Below, piece after piece: positions 17,778 through 26,235 of a stretch of DNA of 32,000 bases. A program made the position numbers and the translations under genes. How positions within the stretch are numbered: position 1 is the stretch's first letter; each line of letters begins with the position of its first letter. Under the pieces are notes generated by a model that worked only from the letters and a program-made list of their open reading frames with translations, searched no databases and was not told where the DNA came from. This DNA is from Nitratidesulfovibrio vulgaris str. Hildenborough (GTDB lineage: Bacteria; Desulfobacterota; Desulfovibrionia; Desulfovibrionales; Desulfovibrionaceae): positions 840,001 to 872,000 of the forward strand of contig NC_002937.3 in assembly GCF_000195755.1 (NCBI RefSeq). The letters run 5' to 3'.

Positions 17778-18884
17778 TCAGCGCATGCCGTGCAGGGTTC
17801 CGGCGATGACATCGAGCGCGGCGTCTACGAGGTCGAAATGCGCCTGCGTGCCCATGTGCCCAATTCTGAACACCTTGCCTGCCATGGGGCCGAAACTGCC
17901 TGTTATGGCGAGGTCGCGCTCAAGCAATGCCTGCTTCCAGCGCGGCCACGAGATGCCCACGGGCAGGTTCACGGCCGTCACCGTGGGCGAGTTGACCGCG
18001 TCGGGTGCCGTCCACAATGAAAGGCCAAGTTCAGCGATACGTTTGCGGCAATGGGCGGCTACCTCGGCATGACGCCTGAACACGTTGTCCATCCCTTCGC
18101 GCAGGATGGCTTCGGCCCCGGCGGCCAGTGCGGCGATGCCGTGCCAGTAGGGGGTATAGGGGCAGCGGCCCTGCCTCTGTACGTTGCGGAACGGGGCCAG
18201 GGCGTCATACCCTTGGTAGCCGACCTCTTCGATGCGTTCCCACGCGGCGGGGCTCACTCCGACGAAGCTCATGCTGGGCGGGGCGGCAAGGCATTTCTGC
18301 GAACCGCCGAGGATGAGGTCGACGCCCCATGCGTCGGCTTCGACAGGTGCCCCCCCGACACTGGCCACGGCATCCACGTAGAACAGGGGCACCCCGAGTT
18401 CACGGCGCAGGTCGCCGAGGGCCGCAAGCGGGTTGAGCGTGCCCGAAGGTGTCTCGCAGTGGACGGCGGTGAGCATGTGCGGCCTGAACCGGGCGATGGC
18501 CTCTTCGATGGGTGCCAGGGCCTCGCGGGTCGCCCCTATGGTCTCGTCATAGGGGAGGGAGACCTTGCACACCTCGCAGCCGATGGAGGCTGCCATGTCG
18601 CCGATGCCGTCGCCGAAGACGCCCGTACCCACGGAAAGCACCTTGTCTCCGGGGCGCAGGGTGCTCTTCAGCGCCCCCCAGAGGGCGAGCATCCCCTCGC
18701 CTGTCATCAGCACGACGTCGTTGGCCGTGCCCATGAGCGCTCCGAGGGCCACGCCCGTATGCGTGTACAGAGGCATGAAGGCCTCATCGACCTGCCCCGA
18801 AGGATAGTCGCGCGCAAGGGCTGCGAGCACATCGGGGTGCAGGGTGACGGGGCCCGGAACCATGGGGATGGTGGTATAGCGCAT
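17778..18884 (-). CDS. class V aminotransferase (serine-pyruvate/alanine-glyoxylate type)
   Basis: 368 aa from the ATG at 18884 (MRYTTIPMVPGPVTL), with an AAGGAG SD. The PLP-lysine context GGSQKCLAAPP is typical of AGXT-family class V enzymes. Confidence 0.88.
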   Translation of the reverse strand: MRYTTIPMVPGPVTLHPDVLAALARDYPSGQVDEAFMPLYTHTGVALGALMGTANDVVLMTGEGMLALWGALKSTLRPGDKVLSVGTGVFGDGIGDMAASIGCEVCKVSLPYDETIGATREALAPIEEAIARFRPHMLTAVHCETPSGTLNPLAALGDLRRELGVPLFYVDAVASVGGAPVEADAWGVDLILGGSQKCLAAPPSMSFVGVSPAAWERIEEVGYQGYDALAPFRNVQRQGRCPYTPYWHGIAALAAGAEAILREGMDNVFRRHAEVAAHCRKRIAELGLSLWTAPDAVNSPTVTAVNLPVGISWPRWKQALLERDLAITGSFGPMAGKVFRIGHMGTQAHFDLVDAALDVIAGTLHGMR

Positions 18885-18972
18885 GTGGTTGCTCCTTGCC
18901 CGGGTGGCGGTGTGGCAGACGACCGGCCCTCGCAAGTCCGGCTCATGCCTGCCTGATAGTCCGGTGGCTGGC

Positions 18973-19821
18973 CTACAGGTCGACAAGTTCCACTTCATCC
19001 GGGGCGATGGGCGTTCCGAGGAACAGCCCGCCCGTGCGGGCGAAGCGTGGCACGTCATCGGTGGTGAGAAAACGCGTCGTTCCGCAGTCGTCACCATGCT
19101 GCGGGTGGATGAGGCCGCGCGCATCGAGTTCCTGATGCACGGCGAAGGCGGTGGTCGCCGCCGAGTCGACGATGACCACGTCAGGCCCTATCACGTTGCG
19201 GATGGCGCGCGCCAGCAGGGGGAAGTGCGTACAGCCAAGCACGAGACAGTCGGGAGTCTCGACACGGTCGCTGCCAGAGGCAGGCTTGAAGATGGGGTCG
19301 AGGTAGCGGGCGGCGATGCTCTCGGCTATGGGGCCGTCCACCCAGCCTTCTTCGGCGAGGGGAACGAACAGGGGGCAGGCCTGCCCCACGATGTGCGCCT
19401 GCGGGCGCAGGCGATGGATGGCCTTGTGGTAGGCGCGCCCACGGATGGTGGACTCGGTGGCGATGACAGCGATCCTGCCTTGTAGCGATGCGCGACAGCT
19501 TGCCTGTGCCCCCGGTTCCACGACGCCGATGACGGGAATGCCGGGGTAGGCCTCACGCAGGGTGTCCAGCGCCACCGAGGTGGCTGTGTTGCAGGCGACC
19601 ACCAGCAGCTTGATGCGTCGTTCCACAAGCTTGGATGTGGCCTGAAGCGCATAGCGGGCGATGGTCTCGGAGCTCTTTGTACCGTAGGGCAGCCGGGCGG
19701 TGTCGCCAAGGTAGAGCATGTCCTCGCAGGGCATACGCTGGCGCAGGGCCTTCAGCACGGTAAGCCCCCCCACGCCGGAGTCGAAGAGGCCGATGGGCAG
19801 GCGGGCTTGTTCGACGGTCAT
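18973..19821 (-). CDS. murI: glutamate racemase
   Basis: GLFDSGVGGLTVL, the catalytic Cys motifs VVACNTA and LGCTHFPLL, 282 aa. Confidence 0.94.
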   Translation of the reverse strand: MTVEQARLPIGLFDSGVGGLTVLKALRQRMPCEDMLYLGDTARLPYGTKSSETIARYALQATSKLVERRIKLLVVACNTATSVALDTLREAYPGIPVIGVVEPGAQASCRASLQGRIAVIATESTIRGRAYHKAIHRLRPQAHIVGQACPLFVPLAEEGWVDGPIAESIAARYLDPIFKPASGSDRVETPDCLVLGCTHFPLLARAIRNVIGPDVVIVDSAATTAFAVHQELDARGLIHPQHGDDCGTTRFLTTDDVPRFARTGGLFLGTPIAPDEVELVDL

Positions 19822-19822
19822 C

Positions 19823-20734
19823 CTATTCCTCCAGAAGTTCGTAGCTGCTCATGGTGACAGGGGCGCGAAGCGTATCGAGCACCCGTTCGAGCAGAATGCC
19901 TTCACGGCTTGGCGAGTTGTGGCCGAAAGTGGCGCGGATGCCCATGGTGACGAACTGCACGGCGCGTTCGATGGCGATGGGCAGACTGTCGCCCTGCAGG
20001 ATGCTGCCCGTCAGCACGCTGGCGAACGTGTCGCCGGTGCCGGGGTAGTGGGCGGGAATGTACTGGCAGTCCACTTTCCAGAAGCGGTCGTGCGGACGGT
20101 TGTAGGCGACCACCGATGTTGTCGTTCGGCTGCCCTCCACCGGAACGCTGGTCACCACGGCCACATGGGGCCCCATGGCGGTGAGGCGGCGCAGCCAGTC
20201 CTTGAGGGTCGGCTGGTCGATGTGCTCACGGTAGGGTTCATCCAGCAGCAGGGCGGCTTCGGTGAAGTTGGGCGTGATGATGTCCGCCTTGCTCACCAGC
20301 CAGCGCATGCGATGCACCATCTCCATGTCCATGGTGGGTTCGAGTTCGCCGTTGTCGCCGAGTACGGGGTCGACCACGGCGAAGCCGTCAGGAGTGCGGA
20401 ACATGTCGATGCACTGGGCCACGATGGCGACCTGGTCGGGAGAACCGAGAAAGCCCGAATAGATGGCGTCGAAGCGTATGTTCAGGGACTTCCAGTGGTC
20501 GAAGAAGCGGCGCATCTCGGCGGTGAGGTCGATGAAGCTGAACCCTTTGAACCCGGATGTATGGGTCGAGAGCATGGCCGTGGGCATGGGGCAGACCTGT
20601 ATGCCCATGGCAGAGAGCACGGGAATGGCGACCGTGAGCGAGGTGCGGCCGAAGCCTGAAAGGTCGTGGATGGCCGCAACGCGGGGTACGGGGCTGCGCA
20701 CGGGGTCCTCCTTGTTCACGTCCGGTGGATACAT
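19823..20734 (-). CDS. pdxK: pyridoxal/pyridoxamine kinase (ribokinase superfamily)
   Basis: 303 aa from the ATG at 20734, with an AAGGAG SD. Sequence features include VAAIHDLSGFGRTSLTVAIPVLSAMG and a GTGDTFASVL anion-hole motif. The stop lies 1 nt before the murI start. Confidence 0.83.
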   Translation of the reverse strand: MYPPDVNKEDPVRSPVPRVAAIHDLSGFGRTSLTVAIPVLSAMGIQVCPMPTAMLSTHTSGFKGFSFIDLTAEMRRFFDHWKSLNIRFDAIYSGFLGSPDQVAIVAQCIDMFRTPDGFAVVDPVLGDNGELEPTMDMEMVHRMRWLVSKADIITPNFTEAALLLDEPYREHIDQPTLKDWLRRLTAMGPHVAVVTSVPVEGSRTTTSVVAYNRPHDRFWKVDCQYIPAHYPGTGDTFASVLTGSILQGDSLPIAIERAVQFVTMGIRATFGHNSPSREGILLERVLDTLRAPVTMSSYELLEE

Positions 20735-20907
20735 GGCACTCCTTGTGGCCGGTATGCCGGGGCTGCGCACTCAGACGGCGAAGCCCCGGAACGCGGGCCA
20801 GCGGTGGGGACACCATCACGGAGTGGCGAAAAAGGCAATAGTCGGACGAGTGCGCGTTCCAAGAGAATCGAGTGGAGAACATGAAGGAGGGACGGGGGGA
20901 GGAGAGC

Positions 20908-20941
20908 CTCCGGTCATCCTCTCGGTGGAGGATGACCGGAG
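20908..20941 (-). terminator. 14-bp perfect hairpin downstream of the TauE gene (no U-tract)
   Basis: CTCCGGTCATCCTC-TCGGTG-GAGGATGACCGGAG, located 42 nt after the stop at 20983. Confidence 0.45.
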
Positions 20942-20982
20942 TATGATGCAGGGAGGGACGCGGACAGGGCTTGATGCCCCGG

Positions 20983-21933
20983 TCAGAAGAAATAGCCGGC
21001 GACGTAGCGTGTCGCCGTGGTGGCGAGCACGACAGCGAGCATCCACTTGATGAGGCGCGCAGGCACATGCTTCTGGCACCGTGCGCCAAGATACATGCCG
21101 CACATCCCCCCGAGGCCGAGCATGAGGCCGAGCATCCAGTCGGGGGATACAGAGAGGGCCGGATAGAACGGGGCGATGCCCATGTAGAACAGGACGCCTG
21201 CGATGGATGTGACGAAGGTGCCCATGAGTGCCGCCCCGGCTACGGTATGCACCGGAAGCCCGAAGACGGAGATGAGGAACGGGGCGATGATGGCGCCGCC
21301 GCCAATCCCGTACGTGCCGCCTATCATGCCCACCACGAGGCTGAGGATGAACGTGCCCTGCACCGGGAAGGTATGGGGTTCACCATAGAATTCGTATTCG
21401 ACGGTGCGCCATGTGCGACGGACGACACGGGTCGTGGGCAGGCTTTCGGGGGCGACGCCCAGCGCCTCGGCCTGGGCGCGGTGGCGGGCGGCAAGTTCGG
21501 CGAATCGTTCGTCAGCACGTGCCTTGCCATTGCGTGCGGGGCGCAGCAGGTCGCGTACCATGCGGAAACCGATGTACAGCAGTACCAGCCCCACGAAGAG
21601 CTTGAAGTCGCGGGCATCGGGAAGCCACCTCACCCGGAGGAAGGCGCCCACGAGTACACCGGGCAGTGTGCCCGCGACGACCACCCATACGAGAGGCCAG
21701 ACCATGCGTCCTTCGCGGATGTAGCGGGCGACACCGCTAGGGATGGCGACGATATTGTAGAACTGGTTCGTGGCGCTCACCGAGGGGGCGGTGTAGCCAA
21801 GCACGGACATCTGGAAGGGCAGGAGCAGAAACGCTCCGGAGATGCCTCCCATGGAGGCGAAGAACGATACGACGAAGGCGACACAGACGGGAAGCAGGGG
21901 ATTGGCTTCGATGCCGGCGGTGGGAAAGTACAT
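20983..21933 (-). CDS. TauE/SafE family anion (sulfite/sulfonate-type) exporter
   Basis: 316 aa from the ATG at 21933, with a GGAGG SD. It is a polytopic membrane protein with the duplicated 4-TM TauE pattern (FFASMGGISGAFLLLP ... VVGMIGGTYGIGGGAIIAPFL). Confidence 0.83.
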   Translation of the reverse strand: MYFPTAGIEANPLLPVCVAFVVSFFASMGGISGAFLLLPFQMSVLGYTAPSVSATNQFYNIVAIPSGVARYIREGRMVWPLVWVVVAGTLPGVLVGAFLRVRWLPDARDFKLFVGLVLLYIGFRMVRDLLRPARNGKARADERFAELAARHRAQAEALGVAPESLPTTRVVRRTWRTVEYEFYGEPHTFPVQGTFILSLVVGMIGGTYGIGGGAIIAPFLISVFGLPVHTVAGAALMGTFVTSIAGVLFYMGIAPFYPALSVSPDWMLGLMLGLGGMCGMYLGARCQKHVPARLIKWMLAVVLATTATRYVAGYFF

Positions 21934-21942
21934 GGGCACCTC

Positions 21943-22038
21943 CACGATTATTTGAGGCACGAAAATATCATGTATCGTGTCAGTGAATCTAGCGTACAAG
22001 CCCGAACTTGTCACGAGGTTTCCGCGCCCTGTATCATG
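21943..22038. promoter_or_regulatory. repeated TATCRTG / TGTATCRTG boxes in the divergent TauE / TOBE-regulator intergenic region
   Basis: TATCATG is at 21966-21972, TATCGTG at 21973-21979, and TATCATG at 22032-22038. The last two share the 9-mer TGTATCRTG. An inverted partial copy, CACGAT, is at 21943-21948. Confidence 0.4.
22008..22037 (+). promoter_or_regulatory. sigma70-like promoter TTGTCA-N18-TATCAT for the recombinase-fold/TOBE gene
   Basis: The -35 is at 22008-22013 and the -10 at 22032-22037 with TG immediately upstream. The -10 coincides with one TGTATCATG box. Confidence 0.4.
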
Positions 22039-22087
22039 CCGCCAACGTCTTTGCCGCCACACGGTTCATCGGAATAACGGAGATTTC

Positions 22088-23158
22088 ATGGAAGGTTCCC
22101 TCGAAACGCTTTTTGCCGGCGTCGCCTCAAGAGCCAATCCGGCAGGCATGCTCACCATTCCGGACGAGGTGCGTTGCCTCGATACCAACGACCTCGAAAA
22201 GCTCGAGTCCGCGTTCAGGGCATGGGTCGCCAAGGGACGAGGCGCAGGAGTCACGTTGGCACGCAGGCGTATTCTCGCTCTTTTCCTTCTCCTGCGGCAT
22301 ACGGGGGCACGTCTGGGAGAAGCCTCGGGTCTGGAGGGGCGGTCGCTTGTGCTTGAGAAGGGGCTGGTGAGGCTCGGCACGCCACCTCGCGATGTGCTCG
22401 TGGCGGAGACTGTGCTGGCAGAGATAGTGGGACTGGTCACCACGGGCGGAGGGCGTGAGTCGCCCGTGCTCCCGGAGTATCCCTTCGCGGTCGACCCGGG
22501 GCATGTGCGTCGCAAGTTCTACGCGTGCGCAGAGGCTGCGGGACTCGGGCGTGAGATGGGGTCACCATCGGTCTTGCGGCGTTCGCGGGCTGTGGAGTTG
22601 CTGCGGGGGGGGGTGCCTCTCCCCGCCGTCCAGCGGCTTCTGGGGCATGGCAATGCGGAACTCACCGCCGCCTATGTCGCCGTGCCGGATGACGCCATGC
22701 GTCGTATGGTGGGGGATGCCCTCGACAGGGAGCAGCGCAGAAGCAGTGCCCGCAACGCCTTCTTCGGCAGGGTAGAGGACGTCCGTATCGGGGATGTGCA
22801 GGCTTCAGTGCGTCTGCAGACACCGACCGGGCTCGAAGTGCTCGCCATCATCACCAATGACAGTCTCGAGGCCCTCGGTCTCGCACGGGGTGCCTATGCC
22901 CTCGCCGAGGTGAAGGCACCGTGGGTCGTACTGCAACGCGGTGAACACCCGCGCTCCAGTGCGGGCAACGTCTATCCGGGAGAGGTCGTCCGTGTCCGCA
23001 AGGGGGCTGTCTCGGCTGAGGTCATCGTGAGGCTCGATGCTGGAACGGAGGTCTGTGCCGTCCTCGCCGCTGACACTCTGGCGACGCTTGAACTGTGCGA
23101 CGGGGCTCATGTCTGGGTCGTGATCAATGCCCTCTCTGTCATCCTCAATGCCGTATAG
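22088..23158 (+). CDS. tyrosine-recombinase-fold (XerD-like) domain fused to two Mop/TOBE domains; TunR-like oxyanion-responsive regulator candidate
   Basis: 356 aa from the ATG at 22088, with a GGAG SD. Recombinase catalytic-domain boxes are present (LLLRHTGARLGEA; LLGHGNAELTAAYV), followed by two TOBE repeats (SSARNAFFGRVEDVRIGDVQASVRL.. and AGNVYPGEVVRVRKGAVSAEVIV..). Confidence 0.85.
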   Translation: MEGSLETLFAGVASRANPAGMLTIPDEVRCLDTNDLEKLESAFRAWVAKGRGAGVTLARRRILALFLLLRHTGARLGEASGLEGRSLVLEKGLVRLGTPPRDVLVAETVLAEIVGLVTTGGGRESPVLPEYPFAVDPGHVRRKFYACAEAAGLGREMGSPSVLRRSRAVELLRGGVPLPAVQRLLGHGNAELTAAYVAVPDDAMRRMVGDALDREQRRSSARNAFFGRVEDVRIGDVQASVRLQTPTGLEVLAIITNDSLEALGLARGAYALAEVKAPWVVLQRGEHPRSSAGNVYPGEVVRVRKGAVSAEVIVRLDAGTEVCAVLAADTLATLELCDGAHVWVVINALSVILNAV

Positions 23159-23327
23159 CGGCGCGTGTCGATGGCGAGGGGGGACACCGGGCCACATCTC
23201 CGGCGGGAGTGGCATTCGCTGGATGGCGCGTAGCGAATGGCTGTTGCATGCTCCCCTGCGCCGTCACGACAGGGAATCGTAACGGTCAGCCGATGTCGCG
23301 GCGAGTCCACCCGGTGCACGGATGCGA

Positions 23328-23352
23328 CAAAGGCCCCGTGAGGGGCCTTTGT
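23328..23352. terminator. bidirectional terminator hairpin ACAAAGGCCCC-GTGA-GGGGCCTTTGT
   Basis: It has the same 11-bp stem as the hairpin at 17736-17761, with a GNRA loop. It lies between convergent genes ending at 23158 and 23400. Confidence 0.75.
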
Positions 23353-23399
23353 ATGACGTCATCATGCCGTTCATGCGGTGGTTGCCTGCAGGCCACATC

Positions 23400-23747
23400 T
23401 CATTCGTGTCCGAGTTCCTTGCGCAGCCAGGCCTTGATCTCGGGCGTCGGTTCGAAAATTCCCTTCAGGTCACCGTATTCGTTGAGGAAGCTGTTCGCGA
23501 GTTGCTCGGGAAGGGCCACCGTTGCAAGTTCCTCGGCATGTTCCGAGTTGCGCCTCACAAGGCGTACTACGGGCCAGCCTGCCCATGTATCGACCACGAA
23601 GTAGGTGGATACGTCATCCTTCGAGCGCACAGGCGGATACTCCGCATGCCAGTCGTTGTTGCCCCATTCCAGATACATGGTAACCGCATGTTCAGGGGAA
23701 AGGTTCCAGTCTATATGGTGTCCGCTGAATGCCTTGAGGTCGTTCAT
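23400..23747 (-). CDS. hypothetical protein (115 aa, Trp/acidic-rich)
   Basis: The ATG at 23747 (MNDLKAFSGHHIDWNL) has a GGAGAG SD. Codon usage looks coding. I recognise no family. Confidence 0.65.
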   Translation of the reverse strand: MNDLKAFSGHHIDWNLSPEHAVTMYLEWGNNDWHAEYPPVRSKDDVSTYFVVDTWAGWPVVRLVRRNSEHAEELATVALPEQLANSFLNEYGDLKGIFEPTPEIKAWLRKELGHE

Positions 23748-23854
23748 GGTCTCTCCTCGTAGTTTGAAGGGACGGGCCGGACTGCCACTTCCGGCCCGTG
23801 GGTAGGCCCTTGCTTGTGAAGGAGTGCATGCCTGAGGAAGCATCACTTGAGTCA

Positions 23855-23882
23855 ACAATAACTATTACTGATATGGTGTCAA
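23855..23882 (-). promoter_or_regulatory. sigma70-like promoter TTGACA-N16-TATTGT for the 115-aa hypothetical gene
   Basis: The reverse complement gives a perfect -35 (23877-23882) and a -10 TATTGT (23855-23860), predicting a ~100-nt leader containing the hairpin GGGCCGGA..TCCGGCCC (23774-23797). Confidence 0.4.
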
Positions 23883-23889
23883 GCAGGTT

Positions 23890-23916
23890 TTGAAAACACG
23901 AGGGCTTGACCTCGTG
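23890..23916 (-). terminator. terminator-like hairpin immediately upstream of the promoter above
   Basis: The minus-strand RNA reads CACGAGG-UCAAGC-CCUCGUG followed by UUUUCAAAA. Confidence 0.4.
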
Positions 23917-24022
23917 CGCCATGTATGACTTTATCAGGATTCAGGAGACCTGAGCAGGTCAAGGGCGGCCCGGTTGATGCGGCCGTATCGTCAGTAACCC
24001 CCAACCAGACAAGGGAGAGTTC

Positions 24023-24262
24023 ATGATGAAACCCGAAGAGTTCGCCCAGCGTTTCATACAAACCGCTGAACAGATGGGCCATGTGCTCACACCGGGAGGG
24101 AACGTCATCTGCGATGGCGGCAAGAACATCTCGCCCGGCAAGGTGCAGGTCCTCTACAAGCGCTACGGCGAAGGATGCGTAGGCTGCGCATCCAAAGAGT
24201 TCCAGAACGATGCGCGCGGGTTGAAGCTTTTTCGTAGCATAGCGGAACGCGCCCTCGGGTAG
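24023..24262 (+). CDS. small hypothetical protein (79 aa, three Cys)
   Basis: ATGATG start with a GGGAGAG SD. It lies in an otherwise empty 640-nt interval. I recognise no family. Confidence 0.55.
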   Translation: MMKPEEFAQRFIQTAEQMGHVLTPGGNVICDGGKNISPGKVQVLYKRYGEGCVGCASKEFQNDARGLKLFRSIAERALG

Positions 24263-24330
24263 CAGAACGCGTTTGCTTCCTGCTGCGCAACATTACGTAG
24301 CACCCACTGCTGTCACTGTGCTGCCTGCAT

Positions 24331-24365
24331 GAAAAGAAGGCGGGCCGGAGTTTCCTCCGGCCCGC
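24331..24365 (-). terminator. intrinsic terminator of the atp operon
   Basis: A 12-bp stem, GGCGGGCCGGAG / CTCCGGCCCGCC, with a 4-nt loop, followed by UUCUUUU on the minus-strand RNA. It lies 24 nt after the atpC stop. Confidence 0.85.
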
Positions 24366-24388
24366 CGTTGTCGCGTATGGAGCGGCCC

Positions 24389-24793
24389 TTAGGCGTTGCC
24401 GCGTACACGCATGCGTGCAAGTGCGCGCTGCAGGGCAGCTTGCGCCCGAGCGTGGTCGACCTTTTCCTTGATCTGGGCAAGGCGTTGCTCGGCGCGGTCC
24501 TTGGCTTTCCGGGCTCTGTCGATGTCGATGTCCTCGGCACGTTCGGCGGATTCCGCAAGCACGGTCACCTTGTTGTCCGAGACCTCTGCAAAGCCGCCGG
24601 AGACGAAGACATGGTGCGTCTTGCCATTGGCCTTGTAGTAGAGGCTACCAATCGCCAGAGCGGACAGGAAGGGGATGTGGCTCGGCAATACGCCGAACTC
24701 GCCTTCGAAGCCCGGGGCACCCACGTAATCAACCTGCTCGCTGAGAACCAGCTTGTCAGGCGTCACGATTTCGAGGTGGAGCGACTTTTCCAT
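24389..24793 (-). CDS. atpC: F1 ATP synthase epsilon subunit
   Basis: 134 aa ([42 protein letters not shown]), with an AAGGAG SD. Confidence 0.96.
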   Translation of the reverse strand: MEKSLHLEIVTPDKLVLSEQVDYVGAPGFEGEFGVLPSHIPFLSALAIGSLYYKANGKTHHVFVSGGFAEVSDNKVTVLAESAERAEDIDIDRARKAKDRAEQRLAQIKEKVDHARAQAALQRALARMRVRGNA

Positions 24794-24804
24794 TGGTCAG
24801 CTCC

Positions 24805-26232
<1,428 letters not shown>

Positions 26233-26235
26233 TTA

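Noticed and set aside
22088-23158. A phage-integrase-like gene as evidence of a prophage, integrative element or genomic island.
   Set aside because: There are no flanking direct repeats, tRNA target, phage or transfer genes, or compositional shift. The recombinase-like domain is fused to TOBE sensor domains and has a degenerate HxLR box, which fits a DNA-binding regulator better.
23799-23814. A sigma54-like element, TGGGTA-N5-TTGCT, on the plus strand ~210 nt upstream of the 79-aa ORF.
   Set aside because: Only the GG and TTGC positions match, and the -24 hexamer is poor (TGGGTA versus TGGCAC). It also lies inside the predicted leader of the opposite-strand gene, so it is probably chance.
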